From: Chrysomallon squamiferum
Lineage: Eukaryota > Animalia > Mollusca
Reading direction: 5' to 3'
Length of the DNA: 64,000 nt
NCBI GenBank assembly: GCA_012295275.1
Contig: CM022670.1
Span: 39,184,001-39,248,000 of the forward strand
Each line of letters begins with the position of its first letter. Positions within the stretch are counted from its first letter, which is position 1. Both the position numbers and the translations under genes were made by a program. The notes beneath the pieces were generated by a model. It was given only the letters and a program-made list of their open reading frames with translations. It was not told where the DNA came from and did no database searches. Positions 45,227 to 58,805 of this stretch are shown here, piece by piece.

Positions 45227-48200
45227 CTGAAAGAAAATTGAAAATGTGGTTTAAAAAACTAAAAACATTTATTTTGTGTTATATATGTAGATTAATTTAT
45301 ATTTTAAGCTTTTTTTAATTTTTTTTTTTTGTAACCAAAATCATTAGGTTAATTTCAAATTATTTCAAAAACATACATGCTCACAGGAAAAAATACATTC
45401 AGCTGCTTACAGTAGCTTAGTATTAAGATTATAATCTATTTAAATTAATTATTAATTTTCAAACTTGTACGCCATTAATAAAATTTATAAATTAGATTCA
45501 TTTTCCATTGTTAAAATATGATGATTCTTAATCTTTATTTATTGTTTTATTTTCTTAGAAAACCACTCCACAATCTTAAAGGAAGAACCAGTTTCATAAT
45601 ATATTTATTCAATATGAACACAAGTGTGTATCTAAGGAATGCTATGTTACTAACACTGTTATGAATGCAAATAATGATTATTTTTTGATAAACCTACTGG
45701 ACAATTGGTAACTATGAATAAACTCAGTCTTTTTCTTCAATTCGTTTTCCTTATGATCCTGTGAAGATTCAGTTAATATGTTCTGTGGACATACAGTACC
45801 ACACAGGCATTCATATTTGCACAGACGATTGTGAGGTCCTGGATGAACAAAATTAGAATTGGGCAAATACTGTGTGGAAAACTGTGTTGTATTTTTGTTG
45901 TGAACATCTCTCCAGTGGTCATACATTAACATCTTGCTTCTCGTATTAAACGAACAGACATTACAAAAAAAAGTTTCAAGCTTTTCCCTGTGAACACTAC
46001 ACCAATGTTCAAACATCGATTTTTCAGTGAAAAACAGCTCAAGGCAGCCATAAGCTGGACATTTTTGTTGACTGCGTCTCCAAGCCATTGAAATGAGCAT
46101 TTGGTCTGGGTCTGTATCATCAAAATCAGTAATACACTGATTGTCATTTGAACAATCCTCTTTAACCTCACTGACAGTTAGATCATACTGTATATTATTA
46201 GCTAAACTATTAGAAGATTCAAGGTCTTCTTCACTCTCTTCACACTCAAACAGCAAGTCAAAAGGTATGTCATCACAAACCCCAGTTTCACTTAGGCTGA
46301 CAATGGCATCTGAATATTTTTGTTTGTCTATTCTTTTATTCTTTTGCTCTTCTTCATTTGGAGCAGTTTCTTCTTGTTTTAATGTTACATGACTAATACT
46401 CGGTTCAATTTTAGCATTTTTTGATGATGACTGTGATTCTATTTTTGTACTGGAATAATTTTTTGAAGTTTCCTTTTTCTTGGTTTGAACAGTTTCAACA
46501 CTGGAATCAGAAACTGTCTTTAATGATGATCTTTGTTCTTTCTGCAAATCTGACATTTTGTTAAGATCAGATTCTCTGTAATTTGCTTTTGAAGTTTTAG
46601 CTGTGTCCAAACTGACAATTTGTGGTAGTTTGTTAAAATTTTGAACTGCCTCCACACTTCTTTTCTTTGTTTTACTTTCTTCTTGTTTCAATGGCTTTGC
46701 ATCAGCAGGTAGATTTGGTTTTAAATTCTTATTCTCTGAATTTAAATTACTACCGTTCAATTTTGATGAAGATACTCTGGTTTCTCCCTGCTTTGATTTT
46801 TTAGAAAAGTTTAAAGACTGTGTTTGTGATTTTGTATCATCTTTAACAGGAACCAATTTGGTTTTCTCTGATGACAACTGTTTCAAAACAACATTTTGTG
46901 GATCAGTTTCTGTTACTGTCTTTACTTTTGAAGTTTTTATACTTCTTGAACGTAAATTCATTTTATGTTGTTCAGGACTTGTTCCTTTCACTTTGTGATC
47001 ATTTGTGGATTTGCTATCAACTTTATTTTTTAGCATCACATTTGTCCCACTATTTTTATCTTCTGTTATATTTTCCTGTTTGTCCAACAATGAATGTTTT
47101 TCACTTTCAGATAAAGATTCTTTCAATGTGAAAGTTTGCAGTTCTGCTTTGGACATTTTGTTTTTTGAAACAGGCTTGTCATTTGGTTTAGAATTCAGTG
47201 ATTTTGGTAAAGTCACTTCTGTTTTTACTGCTGATGTAGATATTTTAACAGAGGTTGATCTAGTTAAAATTTTATCTGATGTATTTGTCTTCATTTTGGC
47301 TTCAGTGGAATCATTTTCAATTTTCTGTTTTAATTTCTCGACTGTTGTTTCTGTTTTCATTTCATGAAGTCTGTATTCTGTACAACCTTCCCTTAATGAA
47401 GATTCCTTTTTAGGTCCTGTAGCTTTTTCTGTCATCTGTGACCCAGCTGCCGATTCTATAACTGATTTAATTTCTGCAGATTCCACTAGGCATTCAGTTT
47501 TTGGAATATGATCCACTACTACAGATTCAGGTTTAACAACTGTCAAGATTTCGTTATTCTTTCTGCCAACATCATCTTCCCAGACAAAACATGCAGGTGC
47601 CATATATGCTGGATTTTTTACTTCAGTTTCTATCTCTTTTATCTGCGTCAGCAGTGAGGGATTAAACTCATGGCTATCTTTCAAATGAGCTTCTACATCA
47701 CCCAGTCTCACAGACTGGTATTCACAAAGAGGGCAAGCAAACATGTCTAAATATTCATGATGTTTTTCTTTCCAGTGCCTCTTGAAGTCTTCTCGGTTGC
47801 TGTAAAAAACTGTTGAACAGTTCAATACTGGACAAGAACGGCCAGCAGGTTTCCATTTGACAACCAGTTTACTGTAAGATAGTGATGTTTTCACTAACGC
47901 ATGTGCTGATACTCCTGAAGGCTCACCTGTTTAAACAGAATCGAACAATTCGTCAGACATTAATTTGTGTATATTCTTAATTTTATTTTTATTATATCTT
48001 TTTATTAAGAAGGCTATTCTTATGACAACCAAATAAATATCACGTTTGATAGTAATTTAAACTTATTCAAACATTTCATTACTAGAATATTTCTATGAAA
48101 CCCCTTTTTTTTCTTTCATTTTTTTTTTTTTTTTACTTTTTTAATGACATACAAATGTTTATAAATTTACTTCAAACAGTAAACTAAAGGCTTTCAATTC

Positions 48201-51200
48201 AAACATTTCAGAAAATGAAGACACATACTTCAGGAAAACATTTTTAACTGTAGAAAGGAAAAATGTTTATAATTAAAACAATGGATGATGTCATCTATAA
48301 ATTATGTTTTATACCTAGACTGCCTGTCCCATCAGCAGTCAGATCAGTGCATGGGACACCTGTCTGTATTTTTGGTTTGGCCTTTTGTTTTGACTTTGAT
48401 GGTGGTAATGGAATCTTAAACTGACAACTCTCCACTTTCTGACTAGGCATTTCAATCTCATCTGGTTTAGAAAAGAGGTGAGGTGTAAAACAGACTCCTG
48501 GGGCATCAATCAGATCAGGATTTGAATCAGAATCTTTCTTTGCTGTAAGTGTAACAAGTAAATACCAAACACTGTATAATAAATAATCTGTATGTTAGGT
48601 TGTAAATAAAATTGGCATGTCATACTAATTAGATTAAATTAATTCTTGAACACATTTTTAAAATAACTGTAAAACTGAAGCAAAACAGCACCTGTTAATT
48701 CTTTTTAGAAATGTTATCAATATCAATATTATATTTGTGGTTATAAATAAAAGTGTAGCACTTATCAATACAGCATGACATAAAGCAATTCACAGCTATC
48801 CATATTGAGCGGTGATTCTCTGAAACGTCATAAGTATTTTAAACATCAAAAAATGTAAAGTAATTTCATTGTTATTGTAAAAATTTCGTTTACAATGACC
48901 ATGATAAATTATAAAAAAAAACTTTGGTAAAAAGGATCACAAAGATCTGTATTTTAACCTGAACATAGATTAATGAATTCAACAATAACCTTGCAAACTC
49001 TGCATGTAATTTTTTTCATTCTCTTCATTTTTAACATTTAGATTAATGCTCCACTGTTTGTTTTTCTGTGATGTCAGATCAATGCCTAATCCATAGAACT
49101 TTTCTTTCTCATTTCTTACAGCACCTGGATCCACTGGATCAATTTTACCTTGTTCATCAACACCCAGCCCTTTACCACTCCACCCTGAAATTAAATAAAT
49201 GACATAAAAACATGAGTAAATCAAAACTTTAATATTCTTATAATATGTTTTAAAATTTTTATCTTGAAAAATTTATACAATACATATTAAATTTTAAATT
49301 ATACCTACAGTAGTGCTGTATAAAAACATTTATATAAAGTTCTGTTATAATTAAAATTTGCTGCAAGAGTTGCTTTTTCTGAGATCCTTTTGAACAAATA
49401 ATATAATCCTAGATACTTAGAATATTCTTACAAATATCAGATAATGTTTTACTATTAATCTCTTTTCTTCTGTATTTAAAAGGTGCTTAATCTTGACTCC
49501 TAAAATTTTTTTTTTTTTTTACAAAGATCAGTAAAGCAGACATGTAAAACCTATTTACATAATTTGTTGGTTTTATTACAAACTGAAAAAAGACAAAGAA
49601 AACTATTAACATACATTTAAACCATTCATTATGTATTGTTTTAAATTTCTCTATAAAATAAGTAATTATCAGTTATAAATCTCACCCATCTTTTTCAGTA
49701 GCTGGTGACCTTTGTTGTCTTCGCTTAGTGGACACTGCCTCTCAAGAGAAAGATCTGGTTTGTCCACACTAAAATAATCACAACAAGTATATAGTTTTAT
49801 TGTCATTTAGGTCTTTAGCAAAAATCCCAATAACAATAGTGATCTATGCATGACAATACATGGTCAACTGTTTCACAATAAAATATCTTTAAAAAAAAAT
49901 GTACTTGCTCAAATAAGGCTGTTAAGGGTGTTATGTGAAATTTCAAGATAGCAATAAACTAAAAAGGAGGAAAACTCAACAAAAAAAAACAACCTAGAAT
50001 ATTTGTCTGTTTTGTTCACATGTTAACTGCAATTTAATTTTTCGACAAATAATTTACTGCCTTAAAAGTTAAATTGGTTAATTTGATTCACATGACAGTG
50101 TGTATCTAGGAAGTCCAATATTTAAATCTTGAATTATTTGATACAGCTGACAAAACAAATTATAGTAAATCATATCATCTAAATCAAGATGGTTGTTATT
50201 TACCAGGTTGATGGAGGTGCTATCAAAGGTGCTGATGTTATTCTGACAGTCTTGTCATCCCATCTAGATCTTCGGCCACTTCTTGGAGGGCTTGACGAAC
50301 TGGGATTTCTTGGATGATTATCTGACCTTCCAAATTTTCTTGGAGGATCCAATGATCTAAGTTTTCTCAGAGGACCCTGCAATTGTCTAGTTTTCCTTTG
50401 AGGACTAGGTGATCTTCTGGGCCTTCTTGGAGGACTAAGTGAGTTTCTGGTTCTTCTCCTAAAATCTGATGACTGTTTTGATAGCTTGTGCTTTGAAACT
50501 GATCTTCGATGTGGACTATAACTTCGATTTCTCTCAGATCTCAATGTTCTTCTTGTTTTACACAGGACTGCAATATCATAGTCTCGTTCTGATGGGGATA
50601 AGAATCTTCTCTTCATGATGTGAGATCTGAAGAATCTCAGTTTTTTGCTGGATCTTGATTGATGTCCGTTTGAAGATGATGAACAACTTGGACTAAGCAA
50701 TGAAGGAGGACTCAAAGATCGACAACGACAATCATGTGGAAAATGACTAATTGTATCCATTCTTGGTGACAGAGATCTACTTTCCCTTTTGAATGAAGCC
50801 ATTGCTTCTTCATATATGCTTTTCTTTTGTTCTATTATTTCCTGCTTGGCTTGCAAATATTCATGAAGCACTCCTTTTTCCCAGCCCATACTGAAACAAC
50901 ATTAATAATAATTTTAGTTATATTAACAGCAGCTGTAGCTAATAGTAGAAGTAGTTTTGGCAAGAACAGCATCAATAAAAATGCTAATATAAGCTTTAAT
51001 TATCTTTTCTAATTTTAATCTAGGTGAGTGAAAAAAAATATATATGTATTATTGAACTAAAAATGACAACAAGTTAGTAAGCTCTGAACAAAAAAGTTGT
51101 CCTGGAAAACATTTATTTTAAATTACTTAACAAATAAAAAAACCTGTTAATCTCAACAACAGAACTTTTAACTCTTGATAAAAGGAAAAACTATTTATTA

Positions 51201-54200
51201 GATGTTTTCAATAGAATGTAATTACCTGTCTTGGTTGATATTCTGATAGAAATATTCACAAGTGTTTATTAAATGTTCACTGACTCTGACTGATGCTGGA
51301 AGTCGGATATGAGCTGGGTCAACAGGCTGATAGTCTGTATCTTTCATCTGAAATTTTAAAAACATGAAAAAAAAAACTTTACATAAAATAAATTAACTAA
51401 CATAAGAACAATTTTAAGAATATTACTATAAATAAATAAATAAATAAATACATAAATATTGATTTTTTCTTTTTGTAATCATTAAAATAAACAAAAAATT
51501 GTTAATTCATTAATGTTCTCTAAATGTAAAGTTGTTCTTTCAGCAAAGAACCATCAAGCACAATTTAATTATTAAAGCTTAACAGTATAATTTAAATTTT
51601 TGACATAACATTAAACACAAAATTAAATAAAAAAGAAAAAAGTATTAAAACAAAATTTACCCAAAAATAAAAGATTGTTAACAAAAATTAAATTATTACG
51701 AGCTCTGCTTCATAATTGTAATAAAATTACAGTTATATTGTCAACAGTAAAAAAGAATATTCACCCAATGATTAAAAGTTCTACTACAAAATAATCAGTC
51801 AGAGGTCAATTAATATTCCTGTTACAATTACCTTCACTAATGGAACAATGAGTCCAGCTGGCAAATCATAATATTTCAAATCATCTGAACATGGATATGA
51901 AAGATCAGTATTCAACATTTCTGTTCCAGAAGTCCACTTTCCTGAAGGTTCATTTACAGAAATCTTTTTATCACTTTGTGTTTCATTTTTTGTGTGCATT
52001 TTTTCATCAACAGAACTGTGAACATTTTCATTATCTGCACTGTTAATATTTTTCTCTGTACTGTAAACATTAGGATCAACTGTACTGTAAACATTTTCAT
52101 CAGATGAAGAAGTAATGCAGTCAGCTTTGCTGTTACTAGATATTTCTGATGAACTTTCTAAAAATGAAAACAAATTATGTTGTTAATTAATTAATTTCCA
52201 GCTTTTTCAGAATTCAACTAAAAAACACAGAAAAAAATTAACTCATTGAAATTTACAGTTATAGAATTCAGTTTGAATTTACATAAACAAGATGTATTTT
52301 CAAAGATTTCTAGTAAAAAGAAATTTAAATGAACCACTTATTAAATACGCTGAGAAAATTTTAATACAGTATAATATATTAATTTAAACAAAGATTATGA
52401 TTACTAATATAGAAAAAATTATTTTAAAATTATCAGTAATATATTTAAGACAATAATACTCTTTTTTTTTTTTCTAATTTTTTTACTCTTTTTTTTTATG
52501 CTGTACCTGTTAGATTCTGAGAAAATATTTGTTCTGTTTTGTTTGACAGATGCCTGAGGGCTGAACAATGTTTCAGTCCTATCAAGTGTGCCTTTAAATC
52601 TACTTTTTGCACAATTATGCGACACACTTGGCATTTTATGATTCCTTCAGACATCGGCAGTAACTGTAAAAATAATCATATACTAGGAAACTTCTTCATA
52701 AGCAACACTATAACAATTCAGTGGTATATTTATATTTTAATAATTATTTTTAAATTTAAAATATATATATATATATATATATATTAACAATTTATTTATT
52801 TATTTATTTATTTAACAACAATTACCTTTCAAGCCCAACAAACGGAAAATAAAATAAATTTCTGTTAAATTATATTTAGTTATTTTTTAAAGTCAACAAA
52901 TAGAAAAGTTATATATTTTTCTTACAATTTTATCAGACTGTATAACTATATCTGGATTGGATACACTATTATCACAGACACCAGAATCTAAATTAAAACA
53001 GAAATGAATATATTTAAAATACAGTATCATCTATTGCATAGGTGTGTGTGTGTGTGCATATGTATATGTATGTATATATGAGTAAATATGTGTATATATA
53101 TATATATATATATGCGTGTGTGTGTGTGTATATATATATATATGTACATATATTGTATATATTCATATATTTATATACTTTACATTTTCAGAAATATTCT
53201 AGTAACTCCCCATTCCTGAAAAAGAAATGATGTCCATTAGGGTCAAATTCTACTATTAAAACTCCTTAATGTTGATCGTGTTTAAAACATTTAAAATTAT
53301 TTGTACTTAAAAATTTACTGACTGGGATTCACAGAATTATCACTCTGTTACTGATAAACAAAGAAGTGTTGATGTAGTAGTGATGTCACAGGCTTATGTT
53401 ATTTGTAATAGCTTACTTGTTACTTGATTGACTTCTTTTTTCTTTTGGTTTTGCAGATTTGACCGATGCTTTTTCCCTGCTAAATGACTTTCTTTCTGGG
53501 TTTCAAGCATAAACAGTTTACACACGGAACACATCACTTTTTCTCTGTTAGGGAAAGTCACAAATATGTCTGGTTCCTAAACAAGAATATTTAAATAGTT
53601 GAGAAAACACTTCAGGAAATCAAACATTAAAGTAACATATTTGGATAATATGACAGTATATATTGTTATAAACAAAAACACTAACATTCTGTCCCCCCTT
53701 TAAACTATATTATTTTATTTGCCATTTCATATACAATGTAACAAGAAATTTGGCATCAAATACAGTCTGAGAAGAAATCTCATGCTATGCCACTGGCTTT
53801 ACATTTAAAAAAATTATTCAAAAAGGATCACAAAATGTTATGTACACTTCTTGCAGTCAGGAAAACAAACAACAAACTGTGTTCATTTACAGGCTATAAA
53901 TTGGATAAACAAAACAATTAAAAAAATAATAAAAATTCTTCCAGAGAATTAACAGTATTGTTAATGGACAATATTTTCTTTAAAATTATTTTTTGTCTCC
54001 TTAATTTTTTTTGTGTCTACAGTAAAGTAAAATATTGACAAAATCATTTAATTGTTAAAGGACTTAATTATAAAGCACAAAAAAACATATTATGGCAAAT
54101 TTTATTTTTCCAGTCATAATTAATACTTGGAAGGGATTGAAAATACATGATTGGATCAAGTAAATATTCGTACTATTTTATTATGTCAGTACATGCAGGC

Positions 54201-57200
54201 AATAAAATAAAACGGATATTTAGATGAAAATGCTTTTATCAGGTTCAACAGGACAAGGTTAAAAGAAAAAAAATCTTGCTTTTGAAAATTATTTTATAAT
54301 TAAAAATCATTAAACAGTATTAATAGTTCCTATTTTGGAAAATATGTCAAAAGTTTTCTTCTTAAAAAGAATTGAAAAAATGTTGGGATTTTAAGAATTT
54401 GTTTCTGTTTCATCCACTCATCTTAGAGTAACATCATATGATTGCTAATAAACTCATCCACTCCAGAACAAATCCATTTATATCCTAGACATTAAGAATT
54501 CTTGTGTATAGTAAAGGTGATTTTAATTACACACATTACATTTATTTTATCATGGATTCACAGAGACTTTTAACATCCAACTCAGATTTAAACAGAACAA
54601 AACACAACATTTACTGCTGCTGCTGTTTCTGGCAAGTTCATGTGAATTTTATGTCAACAAACTGAAATAAAGTCCATTAGATATTCTAAAACACATTTAA
54701 TGGTAACAGCTGTAATGCAAAACAAATGTAATTAAGCATACTGCTTTGACATTTTAGTGTAATGCAAGAGATTGCACACATACACACAAAAAAAAATATT
54801 GTTCAGAATGTAAAACCTCTCACATTGGTTTTTTTTTTATTTCCAAAAGTAAAAACAACATATGTACCATGAAACTGTCTTGATGATGTTTTATTTAATA
54901 AGATAGATATTAACATCACAGATGTTCATTAACCATCTTTAGTAACATCAGTAACATATGGTTTATATTTTTATAATGAATTTAACAAACTGAAAACCAT
55001 ATTTGTAAGGAAATTATAAAATGTTTAAAATTTGGAATCCAATTAGTTTGGGCACATTGTTGTTGTTTTATCATTATGATTATTTATATTAAATACGATT
55101 TTGCATCTTTCTTCTTTTTATTGTTTAAATGAAACATTTTATCCAAACTTAACTTTTTAAAAGCTTCAGGAATAACAACAACAACAACAACAACAACAAA
55201 AAATTAAAATTAAAATAATAATAATAATAAGAAGAAGAAGAAGAAAAAGAAGAAAAAGAAGAAGAAGAAGAAGAAGAATAAAAATATAATTAAAATAAAA
55301 ATGATATCATTACAACATTATTCATTTATTTATTATGATATTCCCTGCCATTAAAAATTAAAAAAAATAAAAAAAAAAGATTCTTCTAATTATTCAGCAA
55401 TAACAAAAGGCCTCTACTTCAAGTCAAAAAGTAAAAAAAAAAAAAAAAAATACTTTAAAATAATAAATTAGGGTAATTAATTCTGATTTGAAATTACATC
55501 AATCCAACAAATGAAAAATTAACAAGAGATAGCATAAATATAAAATAAAACTGATCAAACTTCAACATTCTAGAACAGTTATCATAAAATACATTAACCT
55601 CTTGAGTACTGACCATTATAAACAATGATTGCAACTTCCCCTGTATCACAACCTGTTATTGTACAAATGTCTGGTGTATTGTATTTTGTAAAAAAATATA
55701 TGTTCAGTCATCACTATATTTTGTAACGTGAAACAGAAATATGAATATGTATGACAAAATGCTGTTAATAAAAGTACATGAACTAGCAAGGTAAAAATGG
55801 ATGAAAAGTATGTATTTTTAATGTGAACAGACAACAATCTTTTCATTTTCATTGTGAAGCACTGTATTAAACAGATAAATAATTTTTTATGTAAAAATTC
55901 ACTTTTGTACATTTAGTACTATTTTAAAGCAAAATATTGACTATATAAAAACATTATATTTTGACTGCATGTAACTACATAATTAAACTAATGATGTAAA
56001 CATGTTAAATAATTCACAATTTAGAGACATTAATAAAATTAAATAATTAGCACAAGTCCCATATACATTTTATATATTTATTTATTTATTTATATTTAAA
56101 TCAAAACAACACTACAAAACAAAAATATTCATTGCATCAAAATAAATAAAGAAATAAAAATAAATCATTGCTCTGTTAAAAAAGTTTAAAGATATGAAAC
56201 ATTAAACAAATGAATCTTTATCAAGGATTAGAGAATGTTTTGTAAAAATACCCCAAACAGAGCATGTGACACCAATTATTTTTTTTCCCCTTTCATACAG
56301 ATTGTAATTACAAGACAATGATTCCAATATCTGTTCTCAATATTATTCAAACAAAACACTGATCACTGTTAAAGGAATATTTTTTTTTTTTTAAATACAA
56401 AATATAAAATTCTTAATACCTTCTTCTGCTGTTTCTTATGACAGTCTCCCTCATCCATATTCACTGAGATGATATTAGAAGATTCTAAAGAAGAAGAATT
56501 TTTTCTCTTATGTTTAGCTGGCAAGTTCCTTCCAGAATTGGATGAACTGTTTTTATCATATTCAAAATCATTCACTGGTTGACCTCCACAATGATTTTCA
56601 CCATATCCAAAATCACTTAATGGCTGGCATACAGAATTATTTCCACCATACCCATATCCAGTGACTGGCTGACATCCAAAGTTATCTCCACCATATCCAT
56701 AACCAAAATTGTTAAGATGACCATCAAATCCAGTTAACTGTGATATCTGATTTTCAGGTCCTGAATTATTTCTACTGTATTCATATCCAGTTGCTGACTG
56801 GAAACCCCAAGGACCTTTTAAAAAAAAAAAGTATATTTATGTGTACCACCAGTGGATAACATATATTTACCATGAGGAAAACAAATTCACTATATAAATT
56901 AATTTACCAGTCTTTTATTAAAAAAAAGAAAAGAATTAAACTTAAAATTTAACTGTTCTTTTGGTTAAACTTGTAAAATGCACGATATGATGAAACAAAC
57001 TTACCAGGTAAATATGCTGGTTTATCATCTGATGGAGAAATTCCTGGTGGACCAAAAGACTGAACTGCAGATCCATTCATTGGTAATGGCTGTCCATATT
57101 CAGCACTGTGACTGGGGTGTATATAGCCTGGAGGAGGGACTGAATAATTAGGAGGTGGAACAACAAATCCTGAAGAAGGAACTTGAAATGTTACACTTGA

Positions 57201-58771
57201 ATTTGCTTGTGAAGTTACAGCTGCAAAATCAGTAGGCTGAGGCTGAAAGTGATGAGAATACATTTTAAATATGTAACTGTAAAATATGGTCATCACATAA
57301 TCACTTTTAAATAGTACAGTTTTAATTCATTTGATTATGTGAATACACCCCATTTTTAACAACTGCACCAAATGCAGGAAGTAATTCTGCTACATGTCTA
57401 CCTACCCTACCTCAATATTTTCTGTTGTGCTTCAAAGAGTTAATCTCATCTGATGTTATTTCATTATTGTATTAATATTTTATAAATCTTGATTTTTGCA
57501 GTCTTGCAAACAGAAAGTTGTATAAATAATAATTCTCTATTTACAGTTAAATTATATTTTCAGAAAAGAAATGGATCAAAAATGTTCCATAGTATGCAAG
57601 TGTTATAAATTTTAACTGTTAACTTTCTAATTAGAATTAAATTTCCAATGTATTATTTTTGATTTTTTCCCCTGTTTATTATAGTGTTTTTGAAACAACA
57701 TGTGTTTTAAAGTTAATAAATACCAACCTGATACAACACATGTGCCTGTAATGGAGGCTGCTGAGAGGAAGTGACTGTACTAGTACAAATGACTGATACA
57801 TGATTTATATTTGAAGATTCTGCAGCATGTAATGATGAACTGTTTCCTGATTTTATCTCAGTTTCAGAAAATGGTTTACCCGTTCCTTCAAGCAAATCTC
57901 CATAGTGTTCAATAAGCATTTCCTAATTGAAATTAATTAATAATAATGTATCAAGAAAACAATGACTCTATATACATGCTTCCAGTACAATTAGAAAAAT
58001 TACTTCAGCAAACTTTTTAACTTTTCTTAACTGTCAAAGAAAAAATAGAATTCACAACAGCACTTCTACCATTAATGAATTGTCAAATCAAAATTTAAAT
58101 AAATAAAAAATAAGTGAATTAAGTCTGAAAAAATACTGTCTTGGAAAATTAACAGATTAACTGCTATCTCTACAATACTTCTGATTGATGCAAGTGATTT
58201 TAAATGTGTAAACAACCATAAGCTGCAGCTGATGTATATTTTTAAAACATATCCATTTTGACATAAAAGTTCAGTTGCTAAATGTGATGCTTAAAAAGAA
58301 TAACAGTACTAGCAAAATGATTATTTCAAAATATTAAAACAAAATATGACTTTATAAGTAAACTAATTTAACATACTTGGTATTCCTTCAATGATGCTTT
58401 TGGGTCCTTCATTTTCTAACAAAATTAAAATTAACACAAATCATATTATTAAACACATTTGAACTAAAATTTTGAAACTAAATCAAAATATTAGCAAAAT
58501 AATTAATCATCAATTATTAATAATTATGATTAATAATAAAGCACAAATTCTGTTCAGTATAATTAAGGATGAAACAAAGACAAAAACTAAATGATACGAA
58601 ATCAAACTCTTTAGTTAACTGCACACACTGTTATCAAGTTATTACACTTAGCAGTAAGAAAACCACATCTATTTTTCAATAAAAAAAAAAATAATAAATA
58701 AAATAAAATAAAATAAATTAAAATAAAATAAAATAAAATAAAATAAAATAAAATAAAATAAAATAAAATAA

Positions 58772-58805
<34 letters not shown>

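Noticed and set aside
46141-47367. + strand ORFs overlapping the 738-aa exon (also 38058-38372, 10271-10649, 15685-15930)
   Set aside because: Antisense shadows of real - strand coding exons.
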